A DNA stretch of 42,361 nt from Actinomycetota bacterium. Its GTDB lineage: Bacteria; Actinomycetota; Acidimicrobiia; Spongiisociales; UBA11373. The position numbers and the translations under genes are program-made. The notes beneath the pieces are model-generated. The model was not told the DNA's origin. It saw only the letters and a program-made list of their open reading frames with translations, and did no database searches. The DNA lies in the NCBI GenBank assembly GCA_043805935.1, contig JAZDHM010000012.1, positions 1-42,361 of the forward strand, read 5' to 3'. Every line of letters begins with the position of its first letter. The stretch's first letter is position 1. This document shows, piece by piece, positions 16,527 through 24,672 of this stretch.

Positions 16527-17579
16527 ATGTGGGCGATGGTCGTCAAGGAGTTCCGCCAGGTGCGCCGGGACCGCCGCACCCTGGCGATGATGATTCTGAT
16601 GCCGGTCCTGCTGCTGGTGATCTTCGGCTACGCCGCCAGCTTTGACGTGGCGAACGTGAATGTCGCTCTGATGGGCCCCGGCGCCGAGGCGCTGCGCGAC
16701 CGTGTCCCCGACCGGCTGGAGGTGACCACGGTCGACCCGGCCGGCGACCGGGACGCCGCCGTCGACCTGCTCGAGCGGGGCCGGGTGGTGGCGGTGATCG
16801 TCGCCACCGACGACTCCCAGACCGTGCTCGTGGACGGGTCGGAGCTGTTCCCGGCACGGGCCGTGGTGCAGACCGTGACCGCGGCGCGCCAGGAGATGCC
16901 CGGGCTCACCCTCGAGGTGCTGTTCAACCCCACGCTCGACACGTCGGCAGTGCTCGTGCCCGGCCTGGGCGGACTCATCCTGCTCTTCGTGGGGACGGTG
17001 ATCACCAGCCTCGGCGTCGTCCGCGAGCGGCAGGCGGGCACGCTCGAGCAGCTGGCGGTGATGCCGCTGCGGCCGCGCGACGTGTTCGTCGGGAAGGTCG
17101 CCCCCTACTTCCTGGTGGCCGCCGTCGACCTGACCGTGGTGCTCGTGGTGGGGACGCTGCTGTTCGACGTGCCGTTCAACGGATCGGTGCTCACCCTCGC
17201 CCTCGGGTCGGTGCTGTTCCTCTTCGTGACGCTGGGGGTCGGGGTGGTGATATCCAGCGTGTCGGAGAACCAGGGCCAGGCGATCCAGCTGGCGCTGATG
17301 ACGCTGCTCCCGCAGGTGCTGCTCTCGGGGATCATCTTCCCGCTTTCGTCGATGGGACCCGGGGTGCGGTGGATCGGATATCTGCTCCCGCTCACTTACT
17401 TCAACCAGGTGGCGAGAGGGGTGATGGTCCGGGGGGCGCCGATCGACTCGCTGCTCGTCCCGCTCGGGCTGCTCGCCCTGCTCGGGGCGATCGCGTTCAC
17501 CCTGGCGGTGGCGCGGTTCCGTCGGTTCCTCACCGTCGGCGGTGGCCGCGGCGGCTCCGGCGGCGGCATTCCGGCATGA
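16527..17579 (+). CDS. ABC-2 type transporter permease
   Basis: 350 aa. The N-terminal KEFRQVRRDRRTLAMMILMPVLLL is typical of ABC-2 permeases, followed by a large extracytoplasmic loop and about 5 C-terminal TM segments. Confidence 0.85.
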   Translation: MWAMVVKEFRQVRRDRRTLAMMILMPVLLLVIFGYAASFDVANVNVALMGPGAEALRDRVPDRLEVTTVDPAGDRDAAVDLLERGRVVAVIVATDDSQTVLVDGSELFPARAVVQTVTAARQEMPGLTLEVLFNPTLDTSAVLVPGLGGLILLFVGTVITSLGVVRERQAGTLEQLAVMPLRPRDVFVGKVAPYFLVAAVDLTVVLVVGTLLFDVPFNGSVLTLALGSVLFLFVTLGVGVVISSVSENQGQAIQLALMTLLPQVLLSGIIFPLSSMGPGVRWIGYLLPLTYFNQVARGVMVRGAPIDSLLVPLGLLALLGAIAFTLAVARFRRFLTVGGGRGGSGGGIPA

Positions 17580-18394
17580 ACGGTTGGGGGCTGGCCGAGG
17601 TGACGGTCCGCCTCGGTTCCACCACCGCCCTCGACCGGGTGTCCCTGGCGGTCGACCCTGGTGTGGTGGCGGTGGTGGTCGGGGGCGACGGGGCCGGCAA
17701 GACCACCCTCGCCCGCACCCTCGCCGGCCTGGTGGCGGTGTACTCAGGCACGGTCGGCCGCCCCGAGGGGCGGGTGGGATACCAGCCGGCCGGGTCGGGC
17801 GTCTGGCCCGATCTGACCGTCACCGAAAACCTGTCGTTCGTGGCATCGGCGTTCCGCATTGGGGCCGCGGCCGCCGCCCGCCGCATGGCCGCACTGCTGG
17901 AGGCGACCGGCCTGGGTGCGGCCCGGGACCGCCTGGGGGCGAACCTGTCCGGGGGGATGCGCCGGAAGCTCGGGGTGACGATGGCACTCCTCAGCGAGCC
18001 GGAGATGGTGGTGTTGGACGAGCCGACCACCGGGGTCGATCCGGTGAGCCGGTACGAGCTGTGGCGGCTGGTGTCGCAGACCGCGGCCGCCGGCGCCGCC
18101 GTGGTGATGACCACCACGTACCTCGACGAGGCGGAGCGCGCCGGCACGATCCTGGCGCTCGAGGCGGGGAGGACGCTGGCGGCGGGCACCCCGGAGGAGG
18201 TGCGCGGGTCGTTGCGCGGTGCGGTGTACGCCGTCGACCGCGCCTCACAGGCCGATCACCAGTGGCGGCGCGGCGCCGCGTGGCGAATCTGGACCGAGGG
18301 GAGCCCACCGGCGGGGGCGAGGCGGGTCGACGCCGATCTGGGAGACGTGCTCATCGCCGCCTCCCTGGCCGGTGGGGGAGAGGGCTCACGGTGA
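17576..18394 (+). CDS. ABC transporter ATP-binding protein (first of two)
   Basis: ATGA overlap with the permease stop. Walker A GGDGAGKTT, signature LSGGMRRKL, Walker B MVVLDEPT. Confidence 0.85.
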   Translation: MNGWGLAEVTVRLGSTTALDRVSLAVDPGVVAVVVGGDGAGKTTLARTLAGLVAVYSGTVGRPEGRVGYQPAGSGVWPDLTVTENLSFVASAFRIGAAAAARRMAALLEATGLGAARDRLGANLSGGMRRKLGVTMALLSEPEMVVLDEPTTGVDPVSRYELWRLVSQTAAAGAAVVMTTTYLDEAERAGTILALEAGRTLAAGTPEEVRGSLRGAVYAVDRASQADHQWRRGAAWRIWTEGSPPAGARRVDADLGDVLIAASLAGGGEGSR

Positions 18395-19245
18395 GGGCCC
18401 TCGTCGATGTCCGCGACGTGGTCAAGCGCTTCGGGGACCTGGCGGCGGTCGACGGGGTGTCGCTCCAGGTGGGCGCCGGAGAGGTGGTCGGTCTCCTCGG
18501 GGCGAACGGGGCCGGGAAGACCACGCTGCTGCGGGTGCTGCTCGGGCTGTTGCGGCCCACGACCGGAACCGTTCTGCTGTTCGACGCCCCCGCCGACCGC
18601 ACCGCGTTGCGCCGGGTCGGGTACGTGCCCCAGGGCCTAGGCCTGTACACCGACCTGACCGTCACCGAGAACCTGGCCTTCCGGGCGCGCCTGTTCGGTG
18701 CGCCGGTCCCCCCGATCCCCGATGACCTCCGGTCGCGGCTCGGGGATGTGGTGGGCGGGCTGTCGGTCGGGTTCCAGCGTCGGGTTGCCTTCTTCGCCGC
18801 CCTGATGCATCGCCCGGCGCTCCTCGTCCTCGACGAGCCGACCTCGGGGGTCGGCCCACTGGGGCGGGCCCGGCTGTGGGACACGATCCGCCAGGCGGCC
18901 GACGAGGGGGCCGGGGTGCTGGTGACGACCCATCACCTCGAGGAGGCCGAGGAGTGCGACCGGCTGGTGATGATGGCCGAGGGCCGGGTGGCCGCCGAGG
19001 GGTCGATCGGCGACATCATCGGCAGTCTCCAGGCCGTGGAGGTCGACACGGTCGACTGGCGCCGCGCGTTGGTGGCGCTGGAAGACGCCGGCGTGCCGGT
19101 GGCGTTGGCCGGGGCGTCGCTGCGAGTGCCGGGAGGAGACCCCGAAGCGGTGCGGGCCATCCTCGCGGCGGCCGGGGTGACGGCGCTTGTCACCCGGCGC
19201 CCGGCCACCCTGGAGGAGAAGTTCGTCTCGCTGGCCCGGCGGTGA
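18391..19245 (+). CDS. ABC transporter ATP-binding protein (second; degenerate signature motif)
   Basis: GTGA overlap with the previous stop. Walker A GANGAGKTT, Walker B LLVLDEPT, H-loop TTHH. The signature motif is degenerate (LSVGFQRR). Confidence 0.85.
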   Translation: MRALVDVRDVVKRFGDLAAVDGVSLQVGAGEVVGLLGANGAGKTTLLRVLLGLLRPTTGTVLLFDAPADRTALRRVGYVPQGLGLYTDLTVTENLAFRARLFGAPVPPIPDDLRSRLGDVVGGLSVGFQRRVAFFAALMHRPALLVLDEPTSGVGPLGRARLWDTIRQAADEGAGVLVTTHHLEEAEECDRLVMMAEGRVAAEGSIGDIIGSLQAVEVDTVDWRRALVALEDAGVPVALAGASLRVPGGDPEAVRAILAAAGVTALVTRRPATLEEKFVSLARR

Positions 19246-19271
19246 ATCTCCGGGCGGTGGCCACCCCGTCT

Positions 19272-20477
19272 TCAAGCCGGCACGAACGACGCCACTGCCT
19301 CGAGGTGGAAGGTCTGGGGGAACAGGTCCACCGGCACCGCTCGGTCGAGGCGATACCCGGCGTCGGCGAGGTGCCGGGAGTCACGGGCGAGCGATGCCGG
19401 GTCGCATGACACGTAGGCGATGGCCCGCGGCCCGCCGTCGACCACGGCGTGGACCCCCTCGACGCCGAGCCCGGTGCGGGGCGGATCGACCACCGCGACC
19501 TGCCAGCGCTCCTTTCCGTGAAGGCCCGCCCGTTCGACCGGAGCGGCGATGATCGAATGCTCGATGCCACCGGCCGTCAGGTTGTGGACGAGGTCGAGCA
19601 CGCCGAGCGGGCTCGCCTCGATCGCCACCACCCGGCCCGCCTTGCGCCCGACGGTGGCGCCGAACAGGCCGCCCCCGGCGTAGGCGTCGAGGAGCGTCTC
19701 GGTGGGTTGCGGGTCCAGCGCCTCTTCGACCAGCCGGACCAGCGCCTCGGCCCCCGGGGTGTTGTTCTGGAAGAAGGCGTCCCCGGTGATCCGCAACGGG
19801 ACGCCGGCCACGGTTTCGGTGATCGCCCCGGCGCCGACCACCGGGCGGAGGACGTCGCCGTCGCGCCGTGACACCAGGCAACCCCATGCGGCGGCGCCGT
19901 CGGGAATCGGCCCGTGGACGACGGCGAGGGTGTCGCCGCTGGTCGAGGCGGCGCGCACGGTCAGCCGCCGCGCCTCGCCGAGATCGCCGATCCGATCGAC
20001 GGTCTCGGCGAGGAGAGGATGGAGGACGAGGCAGTTGGTGATCGGTTCGAGGTCGTGGCTGTGGCGGCGGTGGAACGCCGGCCGCCCGTCGAGCACCTCG
20101 AAGTCGACTCGGTTGCGGTACCCGTAGGGCGGTGCCACCGCCACGGTCGCCCGCACCGGGGGATCGGCCAGCCGCCCCAGGTGGGCGAGCTGCCCGGTGA
20201 GGATCGAGCGCTTCCATTCGAGCTGAGCGGGGTAGTCGGCGAACTGCCACTGACATCCGCCGCAAGTGTCGAAGTGGCGGCATGGCGGTTCCACACGCTG
20301 CGGGGAGGCCTCGAGTACCCGGCCCAGGGCGACCCGGGCCCATGAGGCGGTGGAGCGGACCACCTCGCCGACGACCCGCTCACCGGGCATCGCCCCGTCG
20401 ACGAAGTGCACCTTGCCGTCGAGACGGGCAACGGCCTCCCCGCCATGGGCGACATCGGTGGGGCGGAGCTCGATCAT
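19272..20477 (-). CDS. RNA (uracil-5-)-methyltransferase, RlmD/RumA/TrmA family
   Basis: N-terminal TRAM-like domain and an Fe-S cysteine cluster (CRHFDTCGGCQWQ). SAM-binding motif LLDAYAGGGLFG and catalytic-Cys motif AYVSCDPASLARD. Confidence 0.85.
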   Translation of the reverse strand: MIELRPTDVAHGGEAVARLDGKVHFVDGAMPGERVVGEVVRSTASWARVALGRVLEASPQRVEPPCRHFDTCGGCQWQFADYPAQLEWKRSILTGQLAHLGRLADPPVRATVAVAPPYGYRNRVDFEVLDGRPAFHRRHSHDLEPITNCLVLHPLLAETVDRIGDLGEARRLTVRAASTSGDTLAVVHGPIPDGAAAWGCLVSRRDGDVLRPVVGAGAITETVAGVPLRITGDAFFQNNTPGAEALVRLVEEALDPQPTETLLDAYAGGGLFGATVGRKAGRVVAIEASPLGVLDLVHNLTAGGIEHSIIAAPVERAGLHGKERWQVAVVDPPRTGLGVEGVHAVVDGGPRAIAYVSCDPASLARDSRHLADAGYRLDRAVPVDLFPQTFHLEAVASFVPA

Positions 20478-20504
20478 CGAATCAACATAACCGCGGTCCC
20501 GACC

Positions 20505-22076
20505 TCAGACCTCCGACTCGGCCGCCGGCCGTTCTGTGGAGCCGGTCTGGCTCGGTCCGACGGCGACGGTGTCCCGCAGCGGGAGCTCCGGCATGACGGA
20601 CAGCAGCACGATCGCGATCAGCACGATCGGCACGGCCACCAGGAATCCGAGGGTGATCGAGTCGGAGAAGGCCTGGATCACTCCGGTCTGGGTCGCCGGT
20701 GGGAGTTGTGCGATCAGTCCCGGGGAGCGGGCCAGCTGGTCGATCGGGACGTCGGTCATGGCCGACGTCGGCACCAGGCGTGCCAGGTTGCTCGCCAGGC
20801 TCCCGGAGAGGACCGCACCGAACAGGGCCGCCCCAAAGGCGCCGCCGAGGGAGCGGAAGAACGTGTTGGACGACGTGGCGACGCCGAGGTCGGAGATCTC
20901 CACCGCGTTCTGGACGGCGATGACCAGCACCTGCATGACGAATCCGATCCCGAGCCCGAGCAGCACCATGTACGCCATCACGACGACGGCGCCGGTGGCG
21001 GGGCTCATCGTCGAGAGCAAGGAGAGGGCCACTGCGGTGATCACCGTCCCCATGATCGGATACCGCTTGTAGCGCCCGGTCCTGGTGATGATGCGGCCCG
21101 TTGCGATCGAGCTGGTCAACAGACCTGCCATCAGGGGGACGAGCAGCAGCCCCGAGTTGGTGGCGCTCACCCCGCTGACCACTTGGAGGAAGAGCGGAAG
21201 GAAGATGATCGAGCCGAACATGCTGAGGCCGACCACGAACGAAGCCACCGACGTGAGGGCGAACACCCGGTTGCGGAAGAGCCGGAGCGGGAGGATCGGC
21301 TCGGCGGCGCGGCGCTCCTGAAGCAGGAACAGGCCAAGCAGCACGAGGGCGGCGGCGCCGAGGCCGACGATCGTTGTGGATCCCCACTCGTACTCACTAC
21401 CGCCCCACACGGTGACCAGGAGGGCACAGGAGACGGCGGCGACGAGCAAGGTCGCTCCGGGGTAGTCGATCCGGTGCTGTCGGCGGGCGACCGGAACGTG
21501 CAGCACCAGGCCGGTGACCACCAGCGCCGCCAAGCCGACCGGGAGGTTGATGTAGAACACCCAGCGCCAGGTCAGGTGGTCGACGAAGAACCCTCCGAGG
21601 AGCGGCCCGGCCACCGAGGACACGCCGAACACGGAGCCGATGTAGCCCTGGTACTTGCCCCGCTCGCGCGGGGAAAGGATGTCACCGATGATCGTGAGTG
21701 CCATCACGATCAGGCCCCCGGCTCCGAGGCCCTGGATTCCTCTGAACGCGATCAGCTGTGCCATCGACTGGGAGAGTCCCGACAGGATCGAACCGATCAG
21801 GAACACCACGATGGCGAACTGGAAGACGATCTTGCGCCCGTAGAGATCGGAGACCTTCCCGTACAGGGGTGCGCTCGCCGTCGAGGTGAGCAGATAGGCG
21901 GTGACCACCCACGAGAGGTGCTCGAGACCGCCGAGGTCGCCGACGATGGTGGGAAGGGCGGTGGCAACGATGGTCTGGTCGAGGGCGGCGAGGAGGATGC
22001 CGAGCATCAGCGCGCTGAACACCACCAGGATCTGGCGGTGGCTCATCTTCTCGCCCGGTTCGGCGATCGTCTCCAT
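20505..22076 (-). CDS. MFS transporter, DHA2 (EmrB/QacA-like, 14-TMS) family
   Basis: 523 aa. [13 protein letters not shown], motif A-like [12 protein letters not shown], and [14 protein letters not shown]. The protein is hydrophobic throughout. Confidence 0.9.
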   Translation of the reverse strand: METIAEPGEKMSHRQILVVFSALMLGILLAALDQTIVATALPTIVGDLGGLEHLSWVVTAYLLTSTASAPLYGKVSDLYGRKIVFQFAIVVFLIGSILSGLSQSMAQLIAFRGIQGLGAGGLIVMALTIIGDILSPRERGKYQGYIGSVFGVSSVAGPLLGGFFVDHLTWRWVFYINLPVGLAALVVTGLVLHVPVARRQHRIDYPGATLLVAAVSCALLVTVWGGSEYEWGSTTIVGLGAAALVLLGLFLLQERRAAEPILPLRLFRNRVFALTSVASFVVGLSMFGSIIFLPLFLQVVSGVSATNSGLLLVPLMAGLLTSSIATGRIITRTGRYKRYPIMGTVITAVALSLLSTMSPATGAVVVMAYMVLLGLGIGFVMQVLVIAVQNAVEISDLGVATSSNTFFRSLGGAFGAALFGAVLSGSLASNLARLVPTSAMTDVPIDQLARSPGLIAQLPPATQTGVIQAFSDSITLGFLVAVPIVLIAIVLLSVMPELPLRDTVAVGPSQTGSTERPAAESEV

Positions 22077-22134
22077 GCGCGCTCACTCGGTGGCGTCGGG
22101 TGTGGACTCGAAAGGCGTCGAGGGTCGCCCTTCG

Positions 22135-22207
22135 TGGAGCTGGGGGGATTTGAACCCCCGGCCTCTTGCATGCCATGCAAGCGCTCTGCCAACTGAGCTA
22201 CAGCCCC
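22135..22207 (-). tRNA. tRNA-Ala (anticodon GGC)
   Basis: The reverse complement folds as a 73-nt cloverleaf: acceptor GGGGCTG/CAGCTCC with the G3:U70 alanine identity pair, D arm GCTC/GAGC, anticodon stem CTTGC/GCAAG with loop AUGGCAU, and T arm GGGGG-TTCAAAT-CCCCC. The 3' CCA is not encoded. Confidence 0.95.
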
Positions 22208-22300
22208 CGGAGCGACGGCAGTGTATCGCCCCGCGGCGGACTGGCCGCAGCGGACCTCTTCCCCTGGCGCGGTGGCGCGCGAGCCGGGGATGATGCGGCC

Positions 22301-22804
22301 ATGCCAGACCCGTCGATCGCCGAGGCGACCCCGGGCGACGTGGACGACCTCAGGGCGTTCTTCTGGGAGGCGTGGGCGCAGGCTGGTCCCGATGCTCCCG
22401 GGTGGGCCGGCGCCGACGACGAGGTGATGGGGGAGCTCACCGCCCCGGATGCGATCCTCGCCCGGCTCGGCGGCCCGGATCGGAGGATGTTCCTCACTCG
22501 CCGCGACGGCCGGGTGGCCGGGTTCGCCGCCACCCGGCGCATCGACCCAGCGACGGTCGAACTGGCCGGGGTGATCGTGCTGCAGAGCCTGATCGGCCAG
22601 GGGGTCGGGAGCGGCCTGGTGGATGGTGCCATCGCCGGGGCGGTCGGCGACGGGTACCGGCAGGTGGTGGTTCGCACCGAGGCGGACAACGACCGGGCAC
22701 GCGCCTTCTACCGGCGGCACGGCTTCGTCGAGGTGGCCGGCGCCGTAGAGGCTGTCGAGGGCGTCGGCGCCGTCCTCGTGGAGCTGCGGCGGGACGTCGG
22801 TTGA
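22301..22804 (+). CDS. GNAT-family N-acetyltransferase
   Basis: Acetyl-CoA motif VLQSLIGQGVGSGLV and C-terminal ARAFYRRHGF. The start is ATG 22301; the track ORF start at 22166 lies inside the tRNA. Confidence 0.8.
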   Translation: MPDPSIAEATPGDVDDLRAFFWEAWAQAGPDAPGWAGADDEVMGELTAPDAILARLGGPDRRMFLTRRDGRVAGFAATRRIDPATVELAGVIVLQSLIGQGVGSGLVDGAIAGAVGDGYRQVVVRTEADNDRARAFYRRHGFVEVAGAVEAVEGVGAVLVELRRDVG

Positions 22805-22843
22805 GCGCCGGCGCACCGGTACCCTCCGGCGCACGGAGGGCGC

Positions 22844-23356
22844 ATGGAAGTCTGGGATGCGATTCGGTCGCGGCGCAATGTGCGCCAGTTCACCACCGAG
22901 CCGATTCCCCCCGCCGATCTCGACCAGATCCTCGAGGCCGCCCGGCGCACCCCGTCGGCGCGCAACAGGCAGCCCTGGGACTTCGTGGTGGTCACCGACC
23001 GGGACCGCCTCGAGGCCCTCGCCGGGGTGTGGCGGGGCGCCTGGCACGTCGCCGGGGCGGCGGCGGCGATCATGATCGTCCTCCCCGATGCCACCGAAGG
23101 ATCGCCGCAGTGGCGGTTCTACGACGCCGGCCAGGCGACGATGAGCATCTTGGTGGCCGCCGCCGGCATGGGCATCGGATGCGGCCACGCCGCGGTGAGC
23201 GACCAGGCGATGGCCCGGGACATCCTCGGGGTTCCCGAGGGGCACACCTGCGCGGCCCTGCTCTCGCTCGGCTATCCCGCCGACCGGCCCCTCGCCCCGA
23301 TCAAGCAGCCCAACCGACGGCCGTTCGACGAGGTGGTGCACCGCGGGCAGTGGTGA
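22844..23356 (+). CDS. Nitroreductase-family protein
   Basis: RRNVRQFT and SARNRQPWDFVVV FMN-binding motifs, at 170 aa. Confidence 0.85.
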   Translation: MEVWDAIRSRRNVRQFTTEPIPPADLDQILEAARRTPSARNRQPWDFVVVTDRDRLEALAGVWRGAWHVAGAAAAIMIVLPDATEGSPQWRFYDAGQATMSILVAAAGMGIGCGHAAVSDQAMARDILGVPEGHTCAALLSLGYPADRPLAPIKQPNRRPFDEVVHRGQW

Positions 23357-23363
23357 CCGGGGG

Positions 23364-23762
23364 TCAGAGTCGGCGTTGCTGCCAGAGCTCGAGCAGACGG
23401 AGGTGCTCCCGGTCCTTGGGCCGCCCCGACACCCGTTTGTAGGCGATGACGTGCTCGAGGAGGACGAACGGGATGCCGTCGATCAGCTCGGCGGTGTCGA
23501 TCAGGTCGCGTACGTCGACCTCGCCGATGCCCCACGAAATGCCGAGTGTGATGGCCCCGTCGAACAGGCTCACCAGGTCGACGTCGTGATCGGCGTCGTG
23601 GACCAGCGGGCCGAGCCGCAGGGCCGCCTTCCACGCCGCCCCGCGGCAGATCACGTCGAGGTCCGACCCGGTGGGGACGATCCCCCGGACGATGAGCGGA
23701 CCGCTGCCGAACACCGCGTGGTCGTCCGCCGGGAGGCCGAGGCCGGCCAGCAGCGCGAACAA
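23364..23762 (-). CDS. Minimal nucleotidyltransferase-fold protein (start uncertain)
   Basis: NTase signature FGSGPLIVRGIVPTGSDLDVI (G-S ... D-x-D) and a C-terminal KRVSGRPKDREHLRLL helix. Start candidates are TTG 23762 and GTG 23714. The larger 314-aa track ORF overlaps the DUF1003 gene in another frame. Confidence 0.5.
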   Translation of the reverse strand: MFALLAGLGLPADDHAVFGSGPLIVRGIVPTGSDLDVICRGAAWKAALRLGPLVHDADHDVDLVSLFDGAITLGISWGIGEVDVRDLIDTAELIDGIPFVLLEHVIAYKRVSGRPKDREHLRLLELWQQRRL

Positions 23763-23803
23763 CCGTTGCCCTCGTTCGTCGGCGGCGTTCCAGGGGCGCT
23801 GGT

Positions 23804-24211
23804 TCAGGGCCGGTCTTCGGGCAGGTGCTGGGCCACGGTGAGGGCGTGGATCGCCTCGATCAACTCCAGGGCCCGCTTGTTGGTCTCGTAGTCGTGGACG
23901 GCCAACTCGGCACTGATCTGGTCGCTTCGCTTGGCGGCGATCAACAGGATCGATCCCTGGAGGGCGGCGACGCAGGAGAGGACGAGGTTGAGGAGGATGA
24001 AGGGGTAGGGGTCGAAGCCGGTGCCCTTGTTGCCCATCATCCAGCTGGCGAGAAATGCCAGGGCGCCGAACACGAACGCCCATGACCCCATCAGGTTGCG
24101 CATCCGGTCGGCCGCCCGCTCGGCCCGGGTCAGCTGCTCGTGGGTGCGTACCCCCGGGTGACGCCGCCACATCTGTCTGCCCGCGGGCATCGTCCAGTCG
24201 GACCACCTCAT
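23804..24211 (-). CDS. DUF1003-family membrane protein
   Basis: LTRAERAADRMRNLMGSWAFVF followed by FDPYPFILLNLVLSCVAALQGSILLIAAKR, as I recall for the DUF1003 family. The start overlaps the VOC gene stop (ATGA). Confidence 0.8.
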   Translation of the reverse strand: MRWSDWTMPAGRQMWRRHPGVRTHEQLTRAERAADRMRNLMGSWAFVFGALAFLASWMMGNKGTGFDPYPFILLNLVLSCVAALQGSILLIAAKRSDQISAELAVHDYETNKRALELIEAIHALTVAQHLPEDRP

Positions 24212-24579
24212 GTCGTGTCGCCTCCTCCATCGGGCCCGAGGAACTCGAGCCGGTTGCCGAACGGGTCTCTCGTGTAGAACCTCCGCCTCCCCGGAAACAG
24301 CGAGTCATGCAGGACCACGTGGCCGGCGGCGGTGAGCCGGCGCCCCACCTCGTCGAGGTCGTCCACCTCGATCCCCGGGTGGGCCTTCGCCGCCGCCCGG
24401 TGGGAGCCGTCGATCCCGAGGTGGAGCTCGACCGAACCGAGCCGGAACCAGGCGCCGCCCAGGGGAGCCAGGGTCACCGGCTTGGGGATCTCGGTCATGT
24501 GCAGGACGTCGCGGTAGAACGACCGGGCGCGATCCTCGGCGCCGGGGGGCATGGCCAGCAGGACGTGATGGAAGCGCAT
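24208..24579 (-). CDS. VOC (glyoxalase/bleomycin-resistance/dioxygenase) family protein
   Basis: 123 aa from ATG 24579. MRFHHVLLAMP ... HLGI ... HPGIEVDDLD ... FYTRDPFGNRLEF fits the VOC beta-alpha-beta-beta-beta pattern. Confidence 0.8.
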   Translation of the reverse strand: MRFHHVLLAMPPGAEDRARSFYRDVLHMTEIPKPVTLAPLGGAWFRLGSVELHLGIDGSHRAAAKAHPGIEVDDLDEVGRRLTAAGHVVLHDSLFPGRRRFYTRDPFGNRLEFLGPDGGGDTT

Positions 24580-24672
24580 GGCGGGACGGTACCGCCGACC
24601 GTGCACGATCGCCCCGGTGCCGGCCGCCGGTGGGCGCCTGCCTATCCTCCGGTCTCCCCCGGGGACCACACC

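Noticed and set aside
20406-22196. 596-aa plus-strand ORF opposite the MFS transporter gene
   Set aside because: It is antisense to a clear 14-TMS MFS gene and runs through the tRNA-Ala gene. Its composition (Asp/Gly/Arg/His/Glu runs) is a high-GC artefact.
20505-23356. Genomic island integrated at tRNA-Ala (MFS, GNAT and nitroreductase neighbours)
   Set aside because: There is no integrase, recombinase or phage gene, I could see no direct repeat of the tRNA 3' end, and composition and codon usage look like the rest of the window.
23763-24308. Upper part of the 314-aa minus-strand ORF (23364-24308)
   Set aside because: It overlaps the well-supported DUF1003 gene in another frame and is Arg/Pro/Gly-rich. 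Only the C-terminal stretch of about 130 aa shows a real (NTase) signature.
24055-24672. 206-codon N-terminal extension of the leuS ORF
   Set aside because: The extension overlaps the opposite-strand VOC and DUF1003 genes and has no LeuRS similarity. The canonical LeuRS N-terminus (YDHQMIEGKWQAYW) begins right after ATG 24673.
24580-24672. T-box or other leader upstream of leuS
   Set aside because: The spacer is 93 nt and shared with a divergent promoter. No specifier-loop or T-box (AANNNGGGTGGTACCGCG-like) sequence or terminator/antiterminator pair is recognisable.
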